DNA of 64,000 nt from Alkalispirochaeta sp. (GCA_965601925.1 OZ271854.1:3232001-3296000), one strand, 5' to 3'; positions 1 to 9,533 are shown, counted from the stretch's first letter. Numbers and translations: made by a program. The notes: generated by a model from the letters alone, not told the origin.

Positions 1-2
1 CT

Positions 3-236
3 CAGGCCGGCGCGCCGTTTGTCGGCGGGTTTCACATCGCGTTCGAAGTGGACGACATCGAAGCGGTTCACAAGAGGCTCAAGGAGCGAGGCGTCGAGAC
101 GGTCGCGCCGCCCCACCGCTTCGACGTGGACGATGAGTCGCCCGCCATGATTGGGGCGCAGTTTGCGTACTTCTCCGATCCCGACGGCATTGGGCTTGAG
201 ATTTTCCAGAAGCGTTCGCGCTTCAACGACTACTAA
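3..236 (+). CDS. VOC/glyoxalase family protein (5' truncated by window edge)
   Basis: Frame is open from the window start and reads ...GFHIAFEVDDIEAVHKRLKERGV...FAYFSDPDGIGLEIFQ; HIAFEVDD and DPDG..LE are VOC motifs. Confidence 0.85.
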   Translation, partial: QAGAPFVGGFHIAFEVDDIEAVHKRLKERGVETVAPPHRFDVDDESPAMIGAQFAYFSDPDGIGLEIFQKRSRFNDY

Positions 237-259
237 TGTGATATGCAAGGAGCAAAGCA

Positions 260-799
260 ATGAGCAATGAACTAAAGGGACGTAACGTGGCCATCCTGTC
301 TGCCATCGGTGTCGAGCGGGTAGAGTTGGAACGGCCGAAGGATTCGTTAAAGGATGCGGGAGCAAACGTGACGGTCATCTCCCTGGACGGCAGTCCCATC
401 CGCATGTTCGATTTTCCCGAATGGTCGGGCGAAACGGCGGCCGACGCCGCTTTGGAGGACGTCACGCCGGCGGAGTTCGACGCGCTCTACATTCCCGGCG
501 GTATTGTCAATCCCGACATCCTGCGCGCCAACCTCGACGCCGTCGCCTTTGTCCGGTCGTTCTTCGACGCCGGCAAGCCGGTGGCCTCAATGTGTCACGG
601 CCCATCGGTGCTGGTGACCGCCGGGGTCGTGAACGGTCGGCGCGTCGCTTCATGGCCGTCGATCAAAGCCGATCTCGTTGCCGCCGGTGCGATCTGGACC
701 GACGAACCGGTGGTCGTAGACGGTCAACTCGCGACGGCGCGCAACCCCGGCGATATCCCGAAGCTCAACGAACGCCTCAAGACCCACTTTGCCGCTTGA
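260..799 (+). CDS. PfpI/DJ-1 family (class I glutamine amidotransferase-like) intracellular protease/deglycase
   Basis: GVERVE, DALYIPGG..NPD.LR and SMCHGP nucleophile motifs; SD AGGAG upstream. Confidence 0.92.
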   Translation: MSNELKGRNVAILSAIGVERVELERPKDSLKDAGANVTVISLDGSPIRMFDFPEWSGETAADAALEDVTPAEFDALYIPGGIVNPDILRANLDAVAFVRSFFDAGKPVASMCHGPSVLVTAGVVNGRRVASWPSIKADLVAAGAIWTDEPVVVDGQLATARNPGDIPKLNERLKTHFAA

Positions 800-1133
800 C
801 GTCGGTGGAGACCGTGGGAGTACGAGGCGTAGCCGCGGCCCGTTTCGGGTCGCGGTGCTCTTGTGGAGCGATGGTTCACCGCGAGCGCACGTGCCCGGGC
901 GGCAACTCGGGCGCGAGCGCCCAACGCTGCGTCGGTGGACGGCGACGATCCAGCGGGCCTTTCCGCCACACAAGTGTGAAACCGGGTGTAAGGAGCTCCG
1001 CGACACCGGTGACATTGAGTGGGGGTTCGCCGGCTCGGTGTAGTTGATCGTACGGATCCCAGAGCTTCGTAGTATACTCATTGCGCGCGTCGGAGGCGGC
1101 GCGCGTATCGAACTCGACTCGTAGGGGGCGTCA

Positions 1134-1484
1134 ATGACACAACATCGAATATTCTCGATGCCGTTCGCTACGGTCTATCCGATGTATGTTCAGAAAGCGG
1201 AGCGCAAGAACCGCACGAAAGAGGAGGTCGACCGGATCATTTGCTGGCTAACGGGCTATGATCGGACCGGGCTGAAACAGCAGATCGAGCGGCGTAATGA
1301 TTTTGAGACGTTCTTCGCCGAAGCCCCGGCACTTCATCCAAACAGCTCACTGATCACGGGCGTCGTGTGCGGTGTGCGGGTCGAAGATGTAGAAGAGCCT
1401 CTTTTGCGAAAGATACGCTATCTGGACAAGCTCATTGACGAGCTCGCGAAGGGAAAGGCGATGGAAAAGATCCTGCGAACGTAG
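1134..1484 (+). CDS. DUF2200 family protein
   Basis: [39 protein letters not shown] and [15 protein letters not shown] are characteristic of DUF2200. Confidence 0.9.
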   Translation: MTQHRIFSMPFATVYPMYVQKAERKNRTKEEVDRIICWLTGYDRTGLKQQIERRNDFETFFAEAPALHPNSSLITGVVCGVRVEDVEEPLLRKIRYLDKLIDELAKGKAMEKILRT

Positions 1485-1717
1485 TCGCAAAAGGAAAACG
1501 ACCCCGGTAAGGCAACGTCGAGGGAGTCTCCGGCGCGAGCCGGGCTTGTCGACGAGCACACGTTGTTCCTTCAGCCGTTTGTAACGGGAGCCGGCAGGCC
1601 GCTTTTTGTGCGGGGACGAAAATACCCTGGAGCGGGCCGAGGTCAAGGAGCCGGATCGGGCGTGCTGCTGCTCCACATCGGGTTGAGGCATGACGCTTCG
1701 GCGATTGCCTTCAACTG

Positions 1718-2323
1718 CTATATCGACTTCGCCATCCTGAACAGGACTTTGGGAACCGCCGACAATCGCGGCCATCCGGAGACGACGCTGAACCCGAAGC
1801 GTTCGTACACGCCGATGGCGTTCTTGTTCTTGGCGGCGACATCGAGGGCAAATCGGTTTGATCCGCTTGCCCGTGCCCGATCTTCCATGGCGGTAAGTAA
1901 CGCAGAGCCGATCCCGCAGCCTCGATACTCCTTATCGACCCCGATGTAGTGCAGGTAGAAATCTCCCGCATCGTGGGTCCTGAGCGTCCGAAACAGAGCA
2001 GCAAAGAGAAATAGCGAGGCCGCCGTGCGGAGCGCTCTCCGACCGGCCGCCCGCTTCAGCGCCCGATCGGAGAAGCGGTGATACGCCTCCGCGGTGTATC
2101 CCGAGGCGATCCCGACGACGACGCCGTCAAGTTCCGCAACGATGGTATTGCGGTGGGAGAGGTCGTTGTCCGGTTGCAGGTAGGTGGCGGCGATAATCTC
2201 TTCGGGCCGTCGGCCGAGCATGTAGCGGAAGAGGCCTTCCGTGATTTCCATGACGAAGCGGGCGAACAGCCGCCCCTCTTCAATCTTCGGTTCTGCGGCG
2301 CGAATGACCAACCCTTGTTTCAT
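1718..2323 (-). CDS. GNAT family N-acetyltransferase
   Basis: Acetyl-CoA motif V..EYRGCGIGSALL and N..AI..YERFGF; start moved to ATG 2323 behind SD GGAGGG. Confidence 0.88.
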   Translation of the reverse strand: MKQGLVIRAAEPKIEEGRLFARFVMEITEGLFRYMLGRRPEEIIAATYLQPDNDLSHRNTIVAELDGVVVGIASGYTAEAYHRFSDRALKRAAGRRALRTAASLFLFAALFRTLRTHDAGDFYLHYIGVDKEYRGCGIGSALLTAMEDRARASGSNRFALDVAAKNKNAIGVYERFGFSVVSGWPRLSAVPKVLFRMAKSI

Positions 2324-2418
2324 GACACCCTCCGTCGACTTCGTCGGCACCACGAAATGATCGGGCCCGATCGTCTCATCCCGGAAGATCGCCGACGGAC
2401 CGACCCGCAGCGACGATT

Positions 2419-3003
2419 CTACGTCAACGATCGGCGCATCATCGGTTTGCCGGGGGCGCGGCGTTGCACTTCCACGAAACCGAGGCGTCTGAACGTCGAT
2501 GCAATTCCCGTGTACACGACCGACGGCGACTTGCGTTCTTCCGTGTCGGTGGGATACACCTCCAACGTCTCGGCCCCGTTCTCACGGGCGAACTCCATAG
2601 CCGCTTTTGTCAAAACCGCCGTGAGGCCCCGCCCTCGATATTTCGTTCGGACGACAAAGCACGACAATGACCATACTCCGGCCGTGTCCAACTCCGTCTT
2701 GAAATGGCGCGAGTTTGCCAGGCCCGGCAGCCTCGATCGAACGGTGACGCGACACCAGCCGATCGGCGAGCCGGCGTCATAGACCAATAGCCCCGGTGGC
2801 GGACCGCCTCGGACGATATTCATGAAGAGAGCTTTGTTTTGCGCTGCACGCCCTCCGGCGCATCCGTCGCCCCACGCTTTGCTGGATGGATGAATCCAGT
2901 ACGTGCACCAACAGCCGCCGATTCCGCTCGCGCCCAAAACGGTCTCAAAATCGCCCCAACGATCCGTCGTCAGAGGCTGGACGTCGAATCCATCGATACG
3001 CAC
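2419..3003 (-). CDS. GNAT family N-acetyltransferase (CWC-motif type)
   Basis: GCWCTYW, WSLSCFVV..YRGRGLT, LEVYP and F.RLGF motifs; start placed at GTG 3003 behind GGGAGAG because a TGnTATAAT promoter lies at about 3080-3088. Confidence 0.85.
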   Translation of the reverse strand: MRIDGFDVQPLTTDRWGDFETVLGASGIGGCWCTYWIHPSSKAWGDGCAGGRAAQNKALFMNIVRGGPPPGLLVYDAGSPIGWCRVTVRSRLPGLANSRHFKTELDTAGVWSLSCFVVRTKYRGRGLTAVLTKAAMEFARENGAETLEVYPTDTEERKSPSVVYTGIASTFRRLGFVEVQRRAPGKPMMRRSLT

Positions 3004-3197
3004 GATGCACTCTCCCGGCGCCACCGCGGTACATTCGCTCCGTGAAACGGTCGCTGATAATCGTGCGGTGAGTCGGCCCATTATACCACGTTCCCCGACG
3101 CGGCTCACCATAATCCGGCATGTGCTGCGAGTCGTGGTTGACCCGGTGCCGGACGGCGTCGCGTGATCGAGTTGCGGTTTTCTGATAGGCTGACCGG

Positions 3198-3965
3198 ATG
3201 ATCATTCCGCGCTGGCGTGTCCGCCGCCTCGGTTCGATTGCGGGGGTCCTGCTGCTTCTATCCGGAGTGTCCGGCAACGGTTATGGGAACGACACCTATT
3301 TCTATCTTGCCGGCGGAACGCTCCACCCCTCGGTCGATCGGTCGGTGCCGGTGGAAATGCGATCCGAGTCTATTCACCTCACCCTCTATGAGGATTTCTA
3401 CGACGTTACCGTAGATTTCGAGTTTTTCAATCGAAGTGATCGCAGCCATCGGCTCCTTGTCGGCTTCCCCATCATGACCGCCGGCACCCATGGACAGGGG
3501 GAGATATCACGGTTTCAAGCGTGGACCAACGGCGTTCAGGTCGATGCGGAGCGGACCCCCGTCGCCCGCCGGTGGGGCTTAGAGAACAACATATCAAGTG
3601 CGTGGACACGATCCGTCGAATTTGGGGAATCGACTGTAACCACCACGAGCGTTGTGTACCGATCGACGTACGGGAGAGCCGCACCGTCTGACTTCGTGGC
3701 CGTCTATCTGTTCGGTACCGGCTCGGTGTGGGCCGACTCGATCGGTCACATGGAGCTGCGAGTCACGAATTACAGCGATCGATGGCTGTACGACGTCCGG
3801 TGGGGACGAGAAGGGGCCTTTCTCGAACCGGTCGAGTGGGTCGATGAGACGACCTTTCGCATCGTTCTCGACGATCATGAGCCCCATTTCACGGACACGT
3901 TTCGCTTTCATTTCGGCCCCGCTCTCTTCGATCGCATTATAGCGGAGGAGCACCGTCGGCGTTAG
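3198..3965 (+). CDS. Secreted DUF4424-like protein
   Basis: Signal peptide followed by EMRSESI.L, V.V.FEF.N, LLVGFP and YLFGTGSVW..SIG patterns resembling DUF4424. Confidence 0.6.
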   Translation: MIIPRWRVRRLGSIAGVLLLLSGVSGNGYGNDTYFYLAGGTLHPSVDRSVPVEMRSESIHLTLYEDFYDVTVDFEFFNRSDRSHRLLVGFPIMTAGTHGQGEISRFQAWTNGVQVDAERTPVARRWGLENNISSAWTRSVEFGESTVTTTSVVYRSTYGRAAPSDFVAVYLFGTGSVWADSIGHMELRVTNYSDRWLYDVRWGREGAFLEPVEWVDETTFRIVLDDHEPHFTDTFRFHFGPALFDRIIAEEHRRR

Positions 3966-4196
3966 GTGAATATCGATTCGCGCGGACGCGTGTTCCGGCC
4001 TGGTGCACGTGGGGATCGCGGGTCGAAGGGCCACCGCCCGTTCCGTTTTTTCGTTCTCTCTCCACAGGGACATCCCGAGCTTGGATGGCCGGGGTTGGAA
4101 AAGATGGTATCGAATCTCGCTGAACGATACCCCGTTGATCCATCGAGGATCTATGCGGCCGGGATCAGTTTCTGCGCAAGTGCGTATGGGACATGA
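3966..4196 (+). pseudogene. Fragment of an alpha/beta-hydrolase (esterase/peptidase type)
   Basis: FFVLSPQ...RYPVDPSRIYAAGIS matches the stretch leading into the G-x-S-x-G elbow, but it continues SFC and stops soon after. Confidence 0.5.
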
Positions 4197-4472
4197 TCGG
4201 AATGTCCGGGAATGACGCGCCGGTGGCGGCGGCACTTCGATCGCCGGATATCTACCGGACGAGCGCTTTGAGCGTTATGTCGATGAGTGGGGACACGGAT
4301 TCGGCGCCGTCCCCTTCCGGGCGTTCCACGGATCTCCACACAAGAACGGAGCCCGACTTCACTCCGTTGCGGGAGTCGATTTATCACCGGATGCTGCAGT
4401 ACCGCCGGGTACCGTCCGACCCTCGGTGGAACGGGTATCGACGTCGGTTCTGCATTACGCTCGCGCCGTTCC

Positions 4473-4530
4473 TTGGTCAATCCGCGAATTGTTTGCTACC
4501 ATACGACCAATAGGCAAGGGGGTCGTATGG
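4473..4530 (+). promoter_or_regulatory. Sigma70-like promoter overlapped by a 10-bp inverted repeat
   Basis: TTGGTC(4473)-N18-TACCAT(4497) with an extended TG; CCATACGACC(4499-4508)-N12-GGTCGTATGG(4521-4530). Confidence 0.5.
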
Positions 4531-5285
4531 CTGCGCACTACGACGCTATCGGCACTACGTATTCGATAACGCGTGGTACCGACCCATACATAGCGAGCCG
4601 TCTCTACGCCGAACTACGCGGGGCGACCCGGATCGTCAACATAGGCGCCGGAACCGGATCATATGAACCGGATAACGTGGAGTTAGTGGCGGTAGAACCG
4701 TCTTCGAGAATGATCGCGCAAAGGAAACGCGATTCTCACAAAGTCGTGCAAGCGTCTGCGGAGGCGCTACCGTTCGAGGCGGGTACTTTTTCCCACGCCA
4801 TGACGGTGCTTTCCATCCATCACTGGGAGGACAGACCGCTGGCGTTTCGTGAAATACGTCGCGTGACCACGGAAAAGTTCGTCGCTGTTACGTGGGATCC
4901 TCAATCCGATCCGTTTTGGCTCACCAGGGACTACTTTCCGGAAATCCACGAAACGGACAAGCTGATATTCCCCACATTGGAGGAGTTTAAGCGCCATTTT
5001 GACGACGTCATCGTGCACCGATTGCCAATACCGAGCGATTGCAAAGACGGGTTTCTCGCCGCCTTTTGGAAGAGGCCGGAGGCGTATCTGAGTAGTACGG
5101 TACGGCAGTCGATGTCTCCATTTTCCTCCGTCGAGAAGCTGTCGGTCGGCCTGCAAAAGCTGAGAGAAGATCTCGCGAGCGGCGTCTGGGCACAAACAAA
5201 TCGCGCCATCCTGGGCGTACCGTCCTTGGACGTCGGGTACCGAATAATCTCCGCCACGGTGAGAAGGGGTAGCGACGCGCGGTGA
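4527..5285 (+). CDS. Class I SAM-dependent methyltransferase
   Basis: IVNIGAGTGSY, AVEPS..M, AEALPF and LSIHHW.D motifs; start at ATG 4527 (MAAHYDAIG). Confidence 0.9.
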   Translation: MAAHYDAIGTTYSITRGTDPYIASRLYAELRGATRIVNIGAGTGSYEPDNVELVAVEPSSRMIAQRKRDSHKVVQASAEALPFEAGTFSHAMTVLSIHHWEDRPLAFREIRRVTTEKFVAVTWDPQSDPFWLTRDYFPEIHETDKLIFPTLEEFKRHFDDVIVHRLPIPSDCKDGFLAAFWKRPEAYLSSTVRQSMSPFSSVEKLSVGLQKLREDLASGVWAQTNRAILGVPSLDVGYRIISATVRRGSDAR

Positions 5286-5299
5286 TCGATTTCCGACGA

Positions 5300-5547
5300 T
5301 TGACTACCTTGGACGGTTCCAATACCATACGATAACTACACGCATAGACAGGGAGTTGCCGATCCGGAGTAGCCGCGTTATGAACGGCGAGGCCGGAACC
5401 GATGAGAATCGCATTCAAACCTACTCGTTCGTTACTACGGAAGGTAGGCGTTGTATACGTGGTTCTTTTCGGCATGCTCAATCTCTGATCGTCTTATTTC
5501 ACGTCGACAACGCCGCCTCTTCTCTTTGATTTCTACAGGAGGCACAT
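5300..5547 (+). promoter_or_regulatory. Promoter plus long structured 5' leader (candidate translational attenuator)
   Basis: TTGACT-N17-TACCAT (5300-5328); small ORF 5402-5488; mutually exclusive stems, one pairing GCCTCTT (5515-5521) with the SD AGGAGGC (5537-5543). Confidence 0.5.
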
Positions 5548-6345
5548 ATGGTGATCACCGATGATCACAAGGCGTCCCTCGATTCATTGTTTCATCTCAT
5601 ACGGGTGCGTAATATCAATCCGGGGTCGGGGGGACGAGAAAAGGTCGAACAGATAACTGCGTATCTCGGCATAATCAACAGCTTCGTGCGAAAGCTATCG
5701 ACGAAGCGCACGCTTTTCTTTGTCGACAGCGCCGCCGGGAACTGCTACTTGAGTTTTCTGGCCTATCACTACTTCCGCAATCTCCAGGGGCGCACAGTCG
5801 CGATTCACTGCATCGACTCAAACGGTCGGCTCATGGCGAGAAACGCAGATCTTGCGGAGCGACTCGGCTTCACCGACATGACGTTTCAAACCGGCGACAT
5901 ATTGGAGTACTCACCGGCCGGGGAGGTCGACGTTTCCTACTCGCTCCACGCGTGTGATACCGCCACGGACAAGGCGCTGTGGCTCGGAGTGCGTTCGAAT
6001 GCAAAATGCATCCTCTCCGTATCGTGTTGTCAGCACTCAGTGAACCGGCGATTTCGAAATAGAGCGGTGAAGGGCGTGACGCGGTACCGAGCGCTGAAGG
6101 ATCGACTCTTGTACCTGGTCGCCGATGCCATGCGGGCACACTTGGTGGAGATGCAGGGATACACGACCGATATTTTCGAGTTTACGTCCTCGCGGAATAC
6201 GGACAAGAACGTCATGATCCGCGCCGTCAGGACCGGAAATGCGGCGGCGCCGAGGCGTCTGGAGATCGAGTATGATGAGCTGCGCAGAGGATTCAATATT
6301 GAACCGGCGCTGTCGAACTTGCTTCACACGTACGGGCGCCGATGA
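5548..6345 (+). CDS. SAM-dependent methyltransferase (Methyltransf_32-like)
   Basis: VDSAAGNCYLSF, SLHACDTATD.AL, SVSCCQH and T.KNVMIRA motifs; SD AGGAGG. Confidence 0.85.
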   Translation: MVITDDHKASLDSLFHLIRVRNINPGSGGREKVEQITAYLGIINSFVRKLSTKRTLFFVDSAAGNCYLSFLAYHYFRNLQGRTVAIHCIDSNGRLMARNADLAERLGFTDMTFQTGDILEYSPAGEVDVSYSLHACDTATDKALWLGVRSNAKCILSVSCCQHSVNRRFRNRAVKGVTRYRALKDRLLYLVADAMRAHLVEMQGYTTDIFEFTSSRNTDKNVMIRAVRTGNAAAPRRLEIEYDELRRGFNIEPALSNLLHTYGRR

Positions 6346-6474
6346 CGAGCGGAGTCGGCGTTAATGGTCCCGGCTGTACCGACGCGCGAGTACCCCGCCT
6401 CCGGAGAGTCGGCAATCTCTCCGATGACACGTGGAGACGCGATCGGGTATATATATCGTAGGAAGGAGACGACG

Positions 6475-6903
6475 ATGCGACCAGCGACAGCGGTTATCCG
6501 GGTAGTGGTATTCTCAGCGATCGCTCTATGCGCGGTCTCGTACGTCGGTGCACAGACCGACACAGCGGCCGAATCCCACGGTCCGCGCACCGACGGTATC
6601 TACTTCTTCCCCGCCCCCGGCGTAGGCGGCGACTACCTGCGTTTTTTTCAAGACGGTTCGGTCATTGCCGCGACTATCTTCGAACCGCCGGACGCCGTTG
6701 CGACCAACTTCGGGCCGGATGCGGCCGAGTTGGTCGGCGCGTATGTGATAACGTCGCCGTCGACGGTCGAGTTCGTGACCGCGTCGGAGGAGTTCACCGT
6801 GGAGTCGGAGGCCGAAGTGCTCGCCGACGGGCTCGTCGTACGTAGCCACAGCCTCACCAACGGCTTTCGTGCCGAGCGTGAGTACACCTTCGTACCTTTT
6901 TAG
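6475..6903 (+). CDS. Hypothetical secreted protein
   Basis: SD AAGGAG before ATG 6475; signal peptide ending VGA-Q; beta-rich domain with DGIY and YLRFF.DGSV. Confidence 0.7.
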   Translation: MRPATAVIRVVVFSAIALCAVSYVGAQTDTAAESHGPRTDGIYFFPAPGVGGDYLRFFQDGSVIAATIFEPPDAVATNFGPDAAELVGAYVITSPSTVEFVTASEEFTVESEAEVLADGLVVRSHSLTNGFRAEREYTFVPF

Positions 6904-6950
6904 GGGAGCGAAGGTGTGAGCGATCTCGACGAGCCTGCCGATAACCGACC

Positions 6951-7907
6951 GTGAGGATTGACCGGCTCTTTTCCCTGGTAGTGCTCCTGCTCGATAAGAG
7001 TATCGTGAGTTCTCGGGAACTGGCACGCCGATTTGAGATTTCATCCCGCACCATTCAGCGGGACATGGATTCTCTCAGTCGCGCCGGTATCCCCATCTAT
7101 TCGCTTCCCGGCCCGGCCGGCGGCTACGGCATCATGGACAGCTTCAAACTCGATCACAGACTCATGACGCAAGCAGACTTTCTCACGATCCTCACGGCGC
7201 TCAAGGGCGTTGAAAGCTCCTTCGGCGACCGGCGATTTCAAGGCACGTTCGAAAAGATCCAAAGCGTCATACCGACTTCCTCGAAGGCTCTGTTTGCCCA
7301 ACGCGAAGAGAAGATGGTGCTCGATTTCAGTCTAATAGGTGGAAATGAAGAGGCGCGGAAAAAGCTTCGTACGATCGAAGAGTGCATCGACTCCACCCGA
7401 AAGGTCCGCTTTTTCTATACAAACCATACATACGAGTCGGTGTACCGGACGGTCGAACCGATGACGCTCGTGTTCCAATGGCGCTCTTGGTACCTCTTCG
7501 GGTTCTGCTGTCTCAAACTGGATTATCGACTGTTCAGACTTGGGCGTATGCGCGATATCGAGTCTACGGACGAACACTTTGCGCGGAGGAGCAAGAGCTT
7601 TCGCGCCTTCTCTTTGGAGAATCCTACGTTTAACCATCCAAACCTCGTCGAGGTGACGCTCCGTTTTCACCCCTCCGTCAAACCGATGCTTGAGGAGTTC
7701 TACGCTCCCCACGAACGGCAGGAAGATGCGGAGGGCTACACGACCGTCCGTTTTACGCAGCCGGAAGAGCAGCGACTATACGGATACATTCTGAGCTTCG
7801 GTGAACACGTAGAGGTTCTGTCACCGCACCGTCTGCGTGAGATCATACGACTAAGGGCACAAAAAATCGCCGGAATTTATACCGCATCGCATAATGACGA
7901 CACATAG
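6951..7907 (+). CDS. YafY family HTH-WYL-WCX transcriptional regulator
   Basis: ELARRFEISSRTIQRDM HTH, G..GGY, R.VEP..L, WYL..FC and RLFRL.R motifs; C-terminal ILSFGEHVEVLSP..LRE. Confidence 0.95.
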   Translation: MRIDRLFSLVVLLLDKSIVSSRELARRFEISSRTIQRDMDSLSRAGIPIYSLPGPAGGYGIMDSFKLDHRLMTQADFLTILTALKGVESSFGDRRFQGTFEKIQSVIPTSSKALFAQREEKMVLDFSLIGGNEEARKKLRTIEECIDSTRKVRFFYTNHTYESVYRTVEPMTLVFQWRSWYLFGFCCLKLDYRLFRLGRMRDIESTDEHFARRSKSFRAFSLENPTFNHPNLVEVTLRFHPSVKPMLEEFYAPHERQEDAEGYTTVRFTQPEEQRLYGYILSFGEHVEVLSPHRLREIIRLRAQKIAGIYTASHNDDT

Positions 7908-7917
7908 CTGTCGTCAT
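7894..7917. promoter_or_regulatory. Perfect palindrome, putative WYL-regulator binding site
   Basis: ATGACGACA-CATAGC-TGTCGTCAT, ending 8 nt upstream of a TACCAT -10 (7926-7931) in front of the hydrolase. Confidence 0.65.
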
Positions 7918-7962
7918 CGTCGTTGTACCATCGAGCCATATGCAACTCCAGGAGGATGTAAT

Positions 7963-8736
7963 ATGAGCGGACGCGGACATCATCTGCGCGTCGATGGTGC
8001 GGATATCTATTACGAAGTGTCGGGTAACCTCACGGGTAAGCCGCTCGTGATGCTGCACGGCGGGTTGGGGTGTATGTACGACTTGGACGGCATGCTCGAG
8101 TACATTCCGCCACACTACATGATCGTATCCGTCGACTTTCGCGGCCACGGCAAATCGGCGCTCGGTACCGAGCCTCTGAGTTACGCCCGATACCAAGAAG
8201 ACATCGAACACCTGTTGGCGCATCTAAATATCGATGCCTACTCGCTCTTCGGCTTCAGCGACGGAGGCATCGTGGCGTACCGGATTGCGGCGGCCGACGC
8301 AGGACCGGTGGAGCGACTCATTACCGTAGGGGCTCAATGGCGCTTGGAACCGGGCGATCCTTCCTTCGACGTGTTACGGAGCGTGACGGCCGATTTTTGG
8401 GCGGAGCAATTTCCGGACGACGTCTCGCGGTACAACGAATCAAACCCGCATCCGGACTTCTCCCTGCTGGTGGAGAGGGTCAAAGACGTTTGGCTGGATA
8501 CGTCAGCCTCCGGGTATCCGAACACATCGGTCGAAGCCATTGCGTGTCCGACGTTGGTCATACGCGGCGACAACGACTTTTTACTCTCCCGTCGCGAGGC
8601 CGGACGGCTGGTTGAGAGACTCGCCGATTCGAGCTTCATGAATGTTCCGTTTACGGAACACGAGGCCCACAAGGAGTACCCCGAGGTCGTCGGTGCGGTC
8701 GTGAACAGATTCCTGTCCGCCGGCACACGCGGATGA
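7963..8736 (+). CDS. Alpha/beta fold hydrolase
   Basis: LHGGLG, DFRGHGKS, GFSDGG nucleophile elbow, PTLVIRGDND and a late His; SD AGGAGG before ATG 7963. Confidence 0.93.
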   Translation: MSGRGHHLRVDGADIYYEVSGNLTGKPLVMLHGGLGCMYDLDGMLEYIPPHYMIVSVDFRGHGKSALGTEPLSYARYQEDIEHLLAHLNIDAYSLFGFSDGGIVAYRIAAADAGPVERLITVGAQWRLEPGDPSFDVLRSVTADFWAEQFPDDVSRYNESNPHPDFSLLVERVKDVWLDTSASGYPNTSVEAIACPTLVIRGDNDFLLSRREAGRLVERLADSSFMNVPFTEHEAHKEYPEVVGAVVNRFLSAGTRG

Positions 8737-8870
8737 ACCGTCGTGACCCGCTCCGGTAAAGCGAGCGCGTCGAACGGGAGCGTCGCAATGAGACGGTCGG
8801 GAGGACGAGGGAAGGGGTATGCTTCTCATGCAGGACCTCATATGATGGTCGCGATGAAAGGAGCGCGCTG

Positions 8871-9533
8871 ATGTTCAAATCGAGAAATCGTGACGTCGTG
8901 ACGCCCCAATCGGAGCATAGCCGCCTGACGGGAATGCTGGCGTACCATTGGGGCAACGAGGAGTTCGACAAGCCTCCCCACTTTGATTCGTTCGTCTTAG
9001 GTGTGACGCTGCACGATCGGGGCTACGGTGAATATGACGACGATCCCATCGGCGGCGTCCCCATTGAACGGTGGATAGCGCTTCAAAAACGAGGGGTGGA
9101 GAGGTCGTATTCCGATCCCGTAGCAGACATTGTGGCCGTCCGACACATCAGACGCTTATTGGGCTACGACGGTACGCCGGAACGCCGCGCTCTGATGACC
9201 ACAGCCGATCGGCGAATAGAGTCTCGACTGCGGGAAACCGATATAACGCGCGACGACGTTGAGTGGATGGATCGAATCACGAATCTGCTCGACAGTATCA
9301 CGTTTGATTTCGGGTTTGAGACCCCCGCGCAATCCACCCGGCCGATTTGCCCGCGCTACGGCTCCGACGAAACGATATCGGTGAGCTACGCACTTGAGAC
9401 CGGCGGGATCGTTACCGTCGATCCTTGGCCGTTTCGTGTCGATCGCATTGAGGGCTATGTCCTCGGGTACGAGGCGCGGGGCTATCCACAACGCCTTGCA
9501 CCTATACTGATTGAGTTTCTCGTAAGGAAGTGA
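8871..9533 (+). CDS. DUF3891 family protein
   Basis: Q.EHSRL.G.LA.HWGN..F, HDRG and VDPWPF motifs; SD AAGGAG. Confidence 0.8.
   Translation: MFKSRNRDVVTPQSEHSRLTGMLAYHWGNEEFDKPPHFDSFVLGVTLHDRGYGEYDDDPIGGVPIERWIALQKRGVERSYSDPVADIVAVRHIRRLLGYDGTPERRALMTTADRRIESRLRETDITRDDVEWMDRITNLLDSITFDFGFETPAQSTRPICPRYGSDETISVSYALETGGIVTVDPWPFRVDRIEGYVLGYEARGYPQRLAPILIEFLVRK

Noticed and set aside
3963..3965. Pyrrolysine or other programmed readthrough at the in-frame TAG.
   Set aside because: No pyl genes in the window, and the downstream segment looks like a degraded, unrelated hydrolase fragment.
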